Of a DNA stretch of 33,320 bases, positions 1-11,879 are shown piece after piece (positions within the stretch are counted from its first letter, which is position 1; each line of letters begins with the position of its first letter). Under the pieces are notes generated by a model that was not told the origin of the DNA, did no database searches, and was given only the letters and a program-made list of their open reading frames with translations. The translations under genes and the position numbers were made by a program. This DNA is from Octopus bimaculoides. Its lineage: Eukaryota. Location of the stretch: positions 48,838,888 through 48,872,207 of the forward strand of contig NC_068981.1 in the NCBI RefSeq assembly GCF_001194135.2. Reading direction: 5' to 3'.

Positions 1-59
1 TATATATATATATATATATATATATTGTGCATACACTAAAAAAATACTACAGTTCAATA

Positions 60-400
60 GATGCACAACAGGGCGAGGCTGAAAGAACTACGACTCTACT
101 CCATAGATCGCAGACTTGAGAGACCTAATAATTTACATGTGAACAATACTGGAAGGACTAGTACCTACTTTGGGCATCAAGTGTAATATGAATGCTCGTA
201 CTGGACGCCAGTGCATTGTACCGAAAGTACCCTCCAATGCATCTACTGTAAGAACCAGGTACTGCAATAGCCTACGCTTCAGAGGATCACAGCTCTTCAA
301 TCTCCTGCCAAAACAATTGAGAAACATACGTGATATATATGTTGTAAGTCTTCAAAAATAAATCGGATACTCTCTAATCCACAATGCCTGACCAATCAAT
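60..400 (+). mobile_element. 3' fragment of a CR1/L2-type LINE ORF2 (degenerate)
   Basis: Frames read RLKELRLYSIDRRLER...ILEGLVP...RTGRQCIVPKVP...RYCNSLRFRGSQLFNLLPKQLRNI, the typical post-RT C-terminal tail of CR1/L2-group LINEs. Frameshifted, with stops. Confidence 0.7.
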
Positions 401-2134
401 TGCTCGCCATGAGTCACAGTTGAGGCAGCAGTATCAATTTACTTCATCCAAAAGATTGGTCATCGACAATTGTTTATAGGTTCGCATTAGTCGGAGGAGA
501 GAAATCACAGAAGGATTGTGGAGATGGTTCAAAAATAAAGAGTGAAGGAATCATGGTGGTATTCCAGCATGACCACAGCTGGATCAAAGAATAAAAAAGA
601 ATATATATTTATATAAAGATATATATATATATATATATATATATGAGTGAATGAGTGAATGATCATACATCTGAAGCTGTAGATTAAATTTTTTACAGAC
701 AATACTTAGTTTTATTAAAGGAAGTGATATACAATTCGGAACCCGAAACTGCGCCAGATCATTCTTTAAGTAAGGAAAATTGTAGATATTAAAAAATTGA
801 ATCAAAAGATTACAAAAGTTTAAAAATGAATATTAGAAACCAATTAGTTTGGCTACATATACGAGACAGAAATTACAAGAAACCAAAATAATAAAATGGT
901 AATATAAGTGAATAAGCCACTTTTTCCTGTAATAGTTTATACTCGTAATATTCTCTGATAGTGTAAACTGAATTTGAAAAACTAGACGGAAAAAGAAAGA
1001 GCAAAATTATTGAGTTCATCTAGTATATACCATGACGAATGTAACATAGAATCATTAACTACAAATAAATGTAGCTAAATATCTAGTTCAGCAAGAGAAT
1101 TATTGTAAAATATCCACTAGAAAAGTAAACATATATCTAATAAAGAAAAATAGATAACTTTTAAAATAAGTTACAAATCACAAACAGAAAGGGAAAAAGA
1201 ATATAGTCGGCGTTCAAGATAACCAGTCGTGAATTGCGTGCGTGTATGACTTGCTGAATGCCTTCGCTACTTGTTTTAGATACCTATGTTACTGCGAATA
1301 AACACATATACTGTCAGATCCTTTATCCTCGGTTCATGTAGCCAGTGATACATGTAGGGTCTGACACCTGCGAGGAGGGGAGGACTTCAATAGTAGCAGG
1401 ATGGTATACATTTACATCAGAGTCGACAGCAGCTACATGAACTACAGTGCAAAGTTAATCATTCGGTCTAGGAATTCAACTTACAGACCTATGACAATAA
1501 CACGGCAATCACTAGGCAACACGTCTTCATTGAAGTCAAAATATAATTCATATGCTGAGGAAACAGACTTTTGTACGGAGTTAGTTGCTAAAAAGCTACA
1601 AGAAAAACAAAAAAATAAATAAACTCAAACGTAAACTAGACATTTGAAGGCGTTAAACATAAATAATGCAAATCTCACACATTGTGAATATCTAGAGTTA
1701 TGACTGAGGACGGTTAGGGTTACAAGGTGAGCGCAAACTTTTATGAATTTTAATGGACGAGTGAATGGCTCCCGCAAGAGACCACCAAACAAGTGTAATG
1801 AGAATACACTAAATGGCTAAATATTAAGTGAAATTTTAGAAGAATCATTCTACCGAATTGATTCAGTCTTTCCAATTTTTGTTTACAAAGAAAACATTTT
1901 TGGGATCACAATAGTATGAAAATGAGGTAATGAGTCTAATATTATGGAATCATAAGGTAGAATACTTAGTATAAATTCCACTTAATTGAAGTATAAATTT
2001 CTGACGGACGATATTGTCTGTCTCGGAGAAGATTTAGAGAATTTTTTTGAAATATCACGTTCTGAATATAAAATTATTAAAACATGTGGCCACTAAATAA
2101 GCAAACAGTTCCAATCATGATAGGCGCCTAGATG

Positions 2135-3933
2135 ATTCTTTTCGTTATACATCCTGGCCAAACCATCTCAACATTTATCAATCCATTGCAGGTGTTAGTT
2201 TTTCTCTCATTCCTGCTCGCCTTCGCACCACCTCGTTCCTCATCCTGTCCATTCGTGTCACACCAACCATAGCCTTCAAACAACTCATCTGAAACACATT
2301 TAGTCGCCTCCTTTCCGCATCTCTCAGCCTCTTACGTTTCTGCACCATATAACATTGACGGCACAATCACGCCATCATACACTATTCTTTTCGCTTTAAT
2401 ACTCAGCCTTTTATCTCTCAGCATAACTTTCACAGCTACAACTATCTTACTCCTCACACTCACTCTGTATCCTACTTCTTCAGCCAACTCCCCATCCGCC
2501 GTCACATGTGATTCCAGATACTTAAGACACTCACCTCCCCTAACATCTCACAATTTATACTCACACCCATCCTTCCAGCCACCATCTCTCGAACATGTCA
2601 GCACCTTAATCTTAGCTACATTCACTTTTAATTTCCTCCTCTCACACACTCTTACAAACTCCATCACCAGTCTCCTCATTAGCAAACAACAACTTATTCA
2701 CCTGTCATTTCTCTCCATTTCTCCCACCATTTGGGCTTCTCTATCAAAGGTTCTAGCATTTACCTCTCTCGCCATACCATCTAAATTAAACAGCTCCAGA
2801 GTCATCACACAACACTGTCTTAACTCCACATCACACCACTCATTTACTTCACCACCCATACTAACGCACGCCCTACTTTTTCTATAAAATTTCTGAACAA
2901 CTTTCAACAATGTACCATCTATTCCATATAACCGCAACACCTGCCACAATACATCCCTATCCACACGGTCATATGCCTTCTCTATGTCAATAAAGGCTCA
3001 TTACACTTCCCTCCCTTTTGCTACAAATTTCTCACAGATCTGCCTTAGTACAATATTTGATCTGCACAACCCCTTCTACTACTAAAACCGCACTGCCCTT
3101 ACCCTAGTACACTCTCAGCCTGGTTCCTCGCCATAACAATCCGAATACTCCCATAGAGTTTCCCAACCACTCACAGCAGAATTATACCCCTAAAATGTCC
3201 ACACTTTTATTTATCATGTATCCCCTTGTACAGAAGTACTATACAGGCATTGTATCAGTCCTTTGATATTCTTCCAGCCATAGAGCATCCATTCAATCAC
3301 TGTCGCTTCTCCTTTCTTTAGGCAGTCCACTGTACACTCATCTATACCTGACGCCTTCTGGTTTGCCACCTTCCGCAAATATTCCCTCACATCCTCCATT
3401 CCAATTGCACCGTAGTGCCATTCCCCAACAACACGCATTCTCGTCTTTCCTCCTACAGCCACTATACTTGACTCCCTTACATTGTCCACATTCAACAGCT
3501 CACAAATATAATCTGCCCATCTCCTTTGTACGTCCTCACTTCCTTTCAACAAATTTACACTTACATTCTTCACTCTTCCTTCCTTTCCTCCACCCTCTGT
3601 ACCTCTTTCCAAAACATCTTTTTATTTCTCATAAAATATTCACTCAACTTTTTCCCGAACCTTTCCCTCACGTCCCATGTTGCCATACTCACCACTATTT
3701 TACTCTTCTCTTCACTTCTCTGTAGTGATCATAAGATTCTCCAACCCCTTTCTCCAACCACTCTTCAAAGGTATGTTTTTCTTCTCAGCCACCGCATCCC
3801 TTAGCTGATCACTCCACCACTCACTACATTTCCTCACACATATTCCAACCACTCGTGTACCACATACCTCAGAGGCACACCTCATTATTGCCTCCTTAAA
3901 AGCCTCCTACTCCTCCTTCTCCATATCTCCTAG
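2135..3933 (-). mobile_element. Degenerate RTE-clade LINE, ORF2 (linker, RT and C-terminal part)
   Basis: Minus-strand motifs in expected order: EWW linker (~3820), QCGFSSRRGCAD (~3060-3100), FIDIEKAYDRV (~2960-2995), LWQVLRLYGI...LRQ.C.M (~2800-2960), YLGSHV (~2500), FQMSCLKAMVGVTRMDRMRNEVVRRR (~2220-2300), LRWFG (~2160). Many stops and frameshifts. Confidence 0.9.
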
Positions 3934-3989
3934 ATGAAACTTTATCAAAAAGCATGTATAGAAATACATAAACGAACAAGTAGAATTTG

Positions 3990-4065
3990 CAGCAAATACA
4001 AGGTGCAAAGCAAACGGAAAGTAATGGCACTAGGCACTGCATATCTATTGCTCAGAGTTCTTTAA
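3990..4065 (+). mobile_element. Possible tiny 3' remnant of an R4/Dong-like LINE
   Basis: Reads KVMALGTAYLLLRVL*, resembling the terminal LGTAHILRKTL/LRRVL motif also seen at 25079-25165. Too short to be sure. Confidence 0.3.
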
Positions 4066-4132
4066 AAAAATTAATTAGCAAAAAAAAACAAAACTATGAT
4101 GCATTCTGAAGTCCCACAATACTATGTTTATT

Positions 4133-4287
4133 TGGTTTTCCATAACGAAAGACATGCATTCAGTAAGTAATCGTTAAAGATGCATTGTTTTTCAATAGAC
4201 TTTCATAACGCAAATGAAAGTCTATTCAAAAACAATGCATCTTTAACGATTACTTACTGAATGCATGCCTTTCGTCATGGAAAACCA
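4133..4287. repeat. Near-perfect long inverted repeat (74-bp arms, 7-nt loop)
   Basis: 4133-4206 is the reverse complement of 4214-4287 with 3 mismatches (4144/4276, 4152/4268, 4193/4227). Loop is AACGCAA. Confidence 0.97.
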
Positions 4288-4544
4288 CACCTATTCACTA
4301 GAATCTTTATACTTCCCTCAGTATTATGTTTTTATAATATCGGTGCCAAATGGCGGAGTATAAGATCGAGCTTTTTTTTTGAAATTTGAAGTTGACGAAA
4401 TGTAACTAAATATCGGTTGACGAAAATCTGATGATATTAATCTTAGTCTTGTCTCGAACTGCTTGTAGCTTTGTTAAGGTTGTTTTGAAAATTAAAGTGA
4501 CGTTTGTTTAATATAATCATTCTTAATTTTTCCCATCTTCACAG

Positions 4545-4636
4545 TCTCAGTTATGATGATGCTGATCAACAGCAACAGTTTAATCAATACCATTCACAGT
4601 GTTATCGAACTATTGCTATTTAAAGAAACACCAAAT
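4545..4636 (+). other. Candidate exon (92 nt), coding status unknown
   Basis: Acceptor ttttcccatcttcacag| and donor AAT|gtaagt. One frame is open (SVMMMLINSNSLINTIHSVIELLLFKETPN). No recognisable homology. Confidence 0.3.
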
Positions 4637-4772
4637 GTAAGTAGACAAATTAAGTAATGGTAACTGTGACTGAATCAACAATGCAAAGCAATAAACAATG
4701 TTTCCTTATCAACAACACCGTAGCAATCAAACAATATATCGGCATCAGGTGAAGTCAGTAGGAAATATAATT

Positions 4773-4791
4773 ACACACACACACATACACA

Positions 4792-4845
<54 letters not shown>
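4773..4845. repeat. Compound (CA)n(TA)n microsatellite
   Basis: Direct reading. Confidence 0.95.
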
Positions 4846-4874
4846 AGGTGTGTAATGAGCATTAGTAGAAAAAT

Positions 4875-5373
4875 CAAACAATTAAATATGGAGAAGAGGT
4901 TAAAAGTTTTACAAAATTTGAATCCATGCGTACGTTCGTTTCAAATGGTAACACCAACATGTAAGAAACATGGTAAAAATTAAATTAATTGTAATCATAA
5001 TTGAATTACATTTTACGATTTTTAGTTGTTACACAACTAGACTCATATACAATTAGACTCAACACTACCTAAGCATGTTATATTTCATCTTTTATAATCA
5101 GATTTTGAGTCATGTGACGCGGATTCCATATAGTCTTCTGTAACAACATAATATTCTTCTGATACTTTCTTTCTGATGTATTCTCTTGATGTATTAATTT
5201 TATATTACCATTTTCCTCGGTGCACTGAGGAAAATAGTAATATGTAATTAAATTAAGTTAATTATAATTATAATTAATTTAATTTTTTACATGTTCTTAA
5301 ATGTTGGCGATCGTACACATGGATTAAAATGTAATAAAACATTTAATATCTCTTTTCCATCTTTAATTGTTTG
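4875..5373. mobile_element. Foldback/MITE-like element with ~140-bp imperfect terminal inverted repeats
   Basis: Left arm ~4875-5022 (caaacaattaaatatggagaagag...aatccatgcgtacgttcg...ccaacatgtaagaaacatggtaaaaattaaattaatt) aligns to the reverse complement of ~5231-5373 (caaacaattaaagatggaaaagag...aatccatgtgtacgatcgccaacatttaagaacatgtaaaaaattaaattaatt). Roughly 80% identity by eye, with indels. No ORF; no TSD identified. Confidence 0.7.
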
Positions 5374-7494
5374 TTGAGTCTATACTGGATGTGTTCTATT
5401 AATTCTCATAACACACCTTATATNNNNNNNNNNNNNNNNNNNNNNNNNNNNNNNNNNNNNNNNNNNNNNNNNNNNNNNNNNNNNNNNNNNNNNNNNNNNN
5501 NNNTATATATATATATATATATGGGGGGGCGTGTGTGTGTGTATAGTGATAGTATGTTGTCAACTTAATGTAACAGTCTCATGAAAGGAAGAATGCTACT
5601 GTTATTTCGTCCTAGGAAACACCGTTTCCTGTTGGACTCCACATATTTCATGTGCCCTTATACTTTCAAAGTGGAGATAAGCACCCAGCAAGGCCAGCAT
5701 CCAGAGACTAGTATCAGATTCATTGCTCATCCTCAGTTTGGAGTAGCATGGCTTGCTTGCTTAATTCTTCATTACAGGCACAATGCCTAATTACAGAGAG
5801 GACGTACAAAGACATGCGGGAACAAAAAACACATAAAAATGATGAGTGTGAAAGGAATAACATTACAATGCAAAGGAAACGGCTATCTCGCCCCAGCTGC
5901 CAGATGAAATCGTGGATTCTTTTTCCTTTAAACCTTTACATTTTACATAACAATTTCTAGCCTCGCTCCGAGGCGAAACCACGATTTCCCTTTTCGCATT
6001 TACCTTACAATTATAAGCTTTATAAACAAATGTTCATAGAGGATGTACTTATTTTCTTCTCCTTTTTTAAACCAAAAAGTTCAACCAACTGTTTTTCACA
6101 GTATTAAAAAAAAAGAAAACTTTTGTAAACCTGTTCATTCAATAGTTGCCAAATTTACTTGTTTTTTCTTTTTTTCCCATAAAAAGTTCAAATAAATGTT
6201 TTTTCTCAGTTACAGTCTTTACAAAAATATAACAACTTACGGACGTGTTTTTGCTTCGCTGCGTTTTTTTTTTTTTTTTGTGTGTGTGTTTTGTTGGTTG
6301 GGTTGTTCCGTGCGGCTTTGCAGCAGTTTTTGAGTATGGCGCCACCACTTTTGGTGCGCGTTGCTGAGATGGAGAAAGAGAAGACATATGCAAAAGCGAT
6401 GGGGAGTCGGGCTTCTCTGCTGAAGCAATACGAAATGCAGACCCGCAGACAAGTGAACACATAGACATACAGCTGTAAATAAATATGCAAGAACAGACAC
6501 ATACTGGTGCAGAGTCGCTTAAACAAGGAAGAACAGATAAGTAGACGCAGGAGTTGCACAGGAGCGGAATATATTTGATAACATATCGGTCGACACATGA
6601 TATATGAGGGAAAATATATTAAATGCAAGATATTGTTAAAGTGGACCACTCGGAGGATTACGATAAGGAGACGTGATGGATTTGAATGGCAAAAGATAAA
6701 GATAGAAAGTCAAAAGAGGCTTTCCCATCAGATATATAAACCCACTGGGGCCCGAGGTGAATTTCCAGCCCAGCGCTCCAGTGATGAACTATGAGGAAGT
6801 TAAGAACAATATAGAGTGGTTAAGTGGAGTTTTATTTTGAAAAGAACTGTTGAATAACGTTGAAATAATTTTGAAAAGAACTGTTGAAATAATTGAAATA
6901 ACGTAACCACCTCGGAGCCGGGCTAGGGTGGCCTTTCCATCTTCCTTGTATAATTTCACTATTCCATTCTTTCATGTATTGATTTTCCCCGCATGTGTGT
7001 ATTGTCCCATCTATGTTTAGGCCCTTATGGGTAATAATGAAACAGTTTACAAAATATAAGGACATACCAGTTCTTCTCCATTTCCATAATTCATCAACGA
7101 GGCGCGAGGTTCAATATCTACCTCCGGCCTCAGTGGACTCAGTCTCTCATTATGTCTTTCAATTTTATAATCTTTTAAGTTGGGGTGTCCTATCTCACTA
7201 CATTTTTGTTTTTATTTGCGTTTTTCATGTTGTCTCTTTTGTCTCGATATTTCTGCTGGTCTTGGATTTGTTGTGATTGCATCTGTGTATCTCTGTGTTC
7301 GTGTATTTGTCTGTCTGTGTGTTCATTTAACAACTGTTAGAATACTATAACAGTCTATTCAATCAATTTCTTGCTCTATTGTATTGACACTTGGAGGATA
7401 TAATGGAAATGCAGAGAGATTTGAACTGATTGTTCACACATTTTTATCAATGGATTATAAAGTTGCTTCACACAGCTGTTTATAATATTTGTTT

Positions 7495-7680
7495 CAAATT
7501 TGGACACAAGGCTACCAGGTTTGGGGGCAGGTGTAAGGCAATTGCATCGACCCCATTCCTCAATGTTTAATTATTTTAATGACACCGAAAGAATGAAAGA
7601 AAAAAAATTGACTTCGGCGAAATTTGTACTCAGAACGTAAAGACGCACGAAATGCCACCAGGCATCTTCTCCCGCACCTT
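7495..7680 (-). mobile_element. tRNA-derived SINE (octopus OR/OK-like family)
   Basis: Matches the reverse complement of the family also seen at 16266-16470 (...atcgacccc...gaaagaatgaaag...gacttcggcgaaatttgtactcagaacgtaaagac...). B-box-like GAGTACAAATTTC on minus. Confidence 0.85.
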
Positions 7681-7704
7681 CTGTTGTTTCCAATACTAAT
7701 AATG

Positions 7705-7855
7705 CGTTCTAATATAGACACAAACCCTGAAATTTTGCAGGAGGTCGCTAATCGATTACAGTGTTCATCTGGTACTTGTTTTATCGATTTAGAACGTAAA
7801 CATGGGCGAAATACCGCTAAGCATTTTTTTCCCGGCGCCTCTCGCTGTTCGCAAA
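7705..7855 (-). mobile_element. Second tandem SINE copy with internal deletion
   Basis: cacaaaccctgaaatttt...ctggtacttgttttatcga joins directly to tttagaacgtaaa...gaaataccgctaagcatt...cccggcg; the middle segment including the B box is missing. Confidence 0.75.
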
Positions 7856-8399
7856 ATTGATAATGAAAGAGACTTAATAAAACAGTAGGAAAATATATAC
7901 TTGGTCGCCTGAGCTCCCCCAAATTATCCACTCTGTTATTTAAAAAGCGAAGAAAATCTTACATATTATGGTTCGAAATATATTGTGTTATTGTCAAAAT
8001 GGTGAAACGCTGATACGAATTATTTCAGTTCTTTCGTTTAAATCTGTGAGTGTCAAGACGACAAAGTATTTTGTCCGTTGCTCTATCGAATTTGCTATTC
8101 TCTAATTGAACAACAGTAATCATAATAATTTGGAACTTTGATGTCTGGAAACAATTTTGCTGGAATGAGTATAGATTAGCAAGGAGGAATGAAGATTGGC
8201 TTCTGCTTTGATTTAATGAGCACATATTGCAAACTTGTAATACCAATTTTATCGATCGTACTGGAACGAAATTTAATGTTAATCCCGGGTGCAACTAAAT
8301 ACAGTTTATATGTTCATTTTCCCCCGTTTTAATAATACGAATAATACTAAGCATAATTTATCGATTCCCTGCACTGATTACACATCTACTGTGGAATTT

Positions 8400-8500
8400 T
8401 GTAGTCCATTGAATTGGCCTCGGCACATTCGTGGTAATTATTTTATTGACTTTGCTATGATGAAAGGCTAAGCCAACCAGACAGGAATTAGACCAATAAA
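8400..8500 (-). mobile_element. Degenerate SINE fragment
   Basis: ggtaattattttattgact...gatgaaaggctaagccaacc...ggaatt resembles the family core. Confidence 0.5.
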
Positions 8501-9289
8501 GGTGAAGAACGAAAATGAATATTGATAATACTTTTAGAAAGAATAATAGAAATTTAAAAAAAACATGAAAGAAAGCAGATGCTTTATGATGACTGTGTTA
8601 ACTTAGAACAACACAAAGATGCGTAACTAAATACTGCAACTGTACTCTTCTATTTCTGTCACTACAGCGCTATAAGAATAGCAATTTAATTCAGCGTTCT
8701 TCCAATTCTGGTATTGCACCGCACTGTGAATATGATTGGTGAGGGAAATAATTAATTGATTGGATGCCAGCTAGTGTTACATGTACACGACAAAAGGTAT
8801 ATATAACACTTATGGATGTATTTTTAGATATTGCAAAAGGATGAAACAAAACAAATTTTATAGATAGCAATGATGGAGACTCATTTGACACAATGACACA
8901 TTTTTTGAAGAGAAGAAATTAAACACTCTGTGACACGTAGAACGCCTGGATATGATCGTCGGAAGTGTATAGATCTAAGTAACAATAGTTAGGCATATAC
9001 TCATATATTCCGTTTTTTATATCATTCATTGTAATAGTTTTATTTTATGAAGGGGCACACTCCTGATAAGTAGAACTTATACAAATAACAGATAACTCTT
9101 CCTCATATTACGTCTGTTCGTCTATAGAAAAGGGAAATTATATTGGACAATATAGGTAAGGTTTCATATCTATTGATCATGGTTTCCCAATAATGGCTAG
9201 TGGATATAGATAAATTGTTCATGTCACTCAACTCCTATCTCAACAGCGACTGTGTCGTGACGTAGACAGAAATATTAGATTGCGGAGTT

Positions 9290-9450
9290 AGTTTCGTTCA
9301 GTACCAGACTGGTATCTTACTTTATTGACACTGTGATATGTAAATCAAAGTTATTCTGAGTGGAATTTAAAATTAGAACTTACAGTATCAAAAGAGCTAA
9401 CGCATGGCATTCCCTACAAGAATCAAATGATTCTGCCAGCCAACTGTCCC
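9290..9450 (-). mobile_element. Degenerate SINE copy
   Basis: cagtaccagactggtatcttactttattgac...ggaatttaaaattagaac...gattctgccagc match the family core and head. Confidence 0.6.
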
Positions 9451-9699
9451 TTGCAGTAACTATTTTAGTTACAAATCTTAAAAGTTGAAGTAAGGAGATT
9501 GGTTATTAGAATCACTTCGATACGTTCCATTTGTTATAGTGTAAATGCTATTCTTTTCTGTCGTGTCTTTAAGGTTGGGTTAACAGTCGCACAAATCGTC
9601 TATTCAATTTCCAGATACTTGATATATCGATCACAAAATCCTTTCAATGCAAACTTGGTTTAAAAAATTTAGAATCAAAACCTAAAACGGAGGTAAATT

Positions 9700-9755
9700 G
9701 GGGAAATAGGTGAAGCCGATTACATCGACCCCAGTGTTCAGCTGGTACTTATCGA
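9700..9755 (-). mobile_element. SINE fragment truncated at a candidate LTR
   Basis: gattacatcgaccccagtgttcagctggtacttatcga matches the family core and stops abruptly at 9755. Confidence 0.75.
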
Positions 9756-10055
9756 TGTTTAGCAACCCTGAGGTTGGACTGTCTAATTTACGAACTTCAT
9801 ACTCAGATGCCAGGCTTGTTCGGGTGCCTTTTGGCAGGTATCTGCTGCAAGTGACGTAGAATAAGCGAATACACAGTCCAGTAAAGCAAGGATTTTGGTG
9901 CTGCAGAGAATGAAGCTGGGTAAAGGAAATAATTTAGCAGCTGTAGGATCGCAAATCTTCTAAATGAAAATAACCTCTACTAAGATTTATGCAAAATGTC
10001 TGTCTTGCTGTCAATGCTCTGGTCGAGAATGCATATACATGCATCTTTCCAAACA
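9756..10055 (-). mobile_element. Candidate LTR (300 bp) of the adjacent Gypsy element
   Basis: Bounded by TGTTT...AAACA, starts exactly where the SINE is cut, and lies just downstream of the Gypsy integrase end. No second LTR and no clear polypurine tract found. Confidence 0.35.
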
Positions 10056-10119
10056 TGTCTATCAAAGAAAACTTTCACCTTTAGAGAAACATCGAACAAA
10101 GTGTGAGTAATGAACCTGG

Positions 10120-11760
10120 CATGAGTGGGACCTTGATCAATTTACATTAAACAAAGTATCTCGAAAGGTTTTACCATGGACATTAAGTGGCTGCCCTTAT
10201 GGTAGCTGGTTGTGCATAATATATGTGCATAATATGTAGGGACAGCTTTGTGTTCAGAGCAAATGACCGTATATCTTATCTGATTAGTATAATGCGTTAC
10301 ATCAACCAGGCTTTCCGACTCTCCTTTTTTACGTGCAATCACTCGAGCTAATATTGCGTAAGTTAGATATTTCTTGCTGAAAGAGCAGAGCCAGCGTATG
10401 TGGACGGCGTCGCCATAATAGTATTAGGTACCAAACACATTGGTGAGATCTGTACTGTTCTGAAGGTGAAGGAAACAATGGTAAAAGCAAGCCAGCTGCT
10501 CGACACCTGGAGAGGCAAATTCATGCAACTAAATAGCATTGTGGTTGGGCTCGTTAAATTGCACAACCTGTGGTTTGGTTCCGACTTCCAGCTGGACTAG
10601 AATTCTGGTGACGTGACTAGTACGCTTGCCAGTCTCACTCAGAAATTGACCGAAAGTAAGCTACCGCTGAAAGTAGCACATAGTTTGCAATAACCTACAT
10701 TGCTCCGTCATCTAATACTTCCAAATTCGTACCTTACTATGCTACGTGGCTAACTAAACTGTATCACTTGTTATTTCACTTCATGTGGAGGTTATTTATA
10801 CCGCTAGTCAACAACTCTATTCACTGTTAAATTTCACTGCTTCGAATGTTAGAGTTACTGTGGTTAATGATTCATAAATATGAGTAGAAGGTACATCACC
10901 TGCATTCCATGGTATTAAGCAGGTGTGGTCACTGTTTTCCAAGCACATTTCTTCAAACCTCGTCTCTGTCACATATCTATAATTGTCGATCAAAATACAC
11001 AGAGGGAGGACAGCTGGCATCTAGGGTATCGTAAGTGCTCAATGGCATCTGCCAATCGAGCAATGCGGCCAGTGGATGTTCCACTTTAGCGTCCTCCGGA
11101 AGTTTAGTGTGGAGCAAGAGCAACAGCTTTCTTGGGGAGTCTGACCATCAACAAGAATCAAATAGCTTGTCTGTTCCTGGGCCAAGATCGATGAATAATT
11201 TCCAGGAATTTCTAGTTTCGCAGTACTACCGAGGATGGAAGGCATTGCCGGTTCGAAATTAGCTGTACACGCATAGTAGTTCCGTCAGCTGAACCTGCTT
11301 GAAATATGCGCAGAACGACGCATTCAAAGTATTTGTGAGCTAGGTAGCCAATCTAACCAAGAAATGGGTTGATAGCATATTGTCTCTAAATGGCCTGATG
11401 GAATTAGTTCATGCAATCATTGACTTGGTGGTGTATTACCGGCTAACCATTGTGCCTTGTTGCGAGAAATCTGATAATACTAGAGCACATGATATTCTGT
11501 TTTTTATGGAACGGTTAGGTTCAGCTATTTCGGGAACCCATCTGTTGTAAACATTCATTGTGTTGGCATTGCGATATCGTCCTTGAGGAAGTGTTGGCAC
11601 GAACTGAGGCTGACGCATCTGTAGAAATAAGTGGGTCATTGAGTTGACCTCAATGATGACGTAAACAAGAGGGAAGTGGTTTGGGCGTCTTTCGCGCAAT
11701 GCACCTTTCTGAGGCTCGTTTCCTTGAGGCAATCAAGGTTAAAACATAAATAAAGACAGT
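10120..11760 (-). mobile_element. Highly degenerate Gypsy/Ty3 pol (RNase H to integrase)
   Basis: Minus-strand remnants in Gypsy order: LISTDAS (~11600-11630), SIRPFRD (cf. AIRHFRH, ~11380-11402), LTNTLNAS...VYS*F (cf. PLTY...YISQF, ~11260-11340), LAQEQ (cf. LAxAQ), PLSTYDTLDA (cf. PLGTFATPDA, ~11015-11045), FGQF, DAVH. Heavily mutated. Confidence 0.6.
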
Positions 11761-11879
11761 GCGATTGGTATCTAAAATGATACCAGGTACTCACATCATT
11801 GTATAAGTTGGACCAGTCTGTCGGCAAGAAATATAACTATACATTTGTTTAAAGCGGTTGAATATAAAAACAACGATGT

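Noticed and set aside
1330-1465. Minus frame LCTVVHVAAVDSDVNVY..., resembling a cadherin VxAxDxD motif
   Set aside because: Only about 43 codons between stops, the other cadherin motifs are missing and the donor is weak; likely chance.
6781-6840. GTGATGA box-C-like motif suggesting a snoRNA
   Set aside because: No box D (CTGA) at a suitable distance and no terminal stem.
6835-6903. Two copies of ttttgaaaagaactgttgaa 34 bp apart, superficially CRISPR-like
   Set aside because: Only two units, related spacers, eukaryotic context and no cas genes; a simple tandem duplication.
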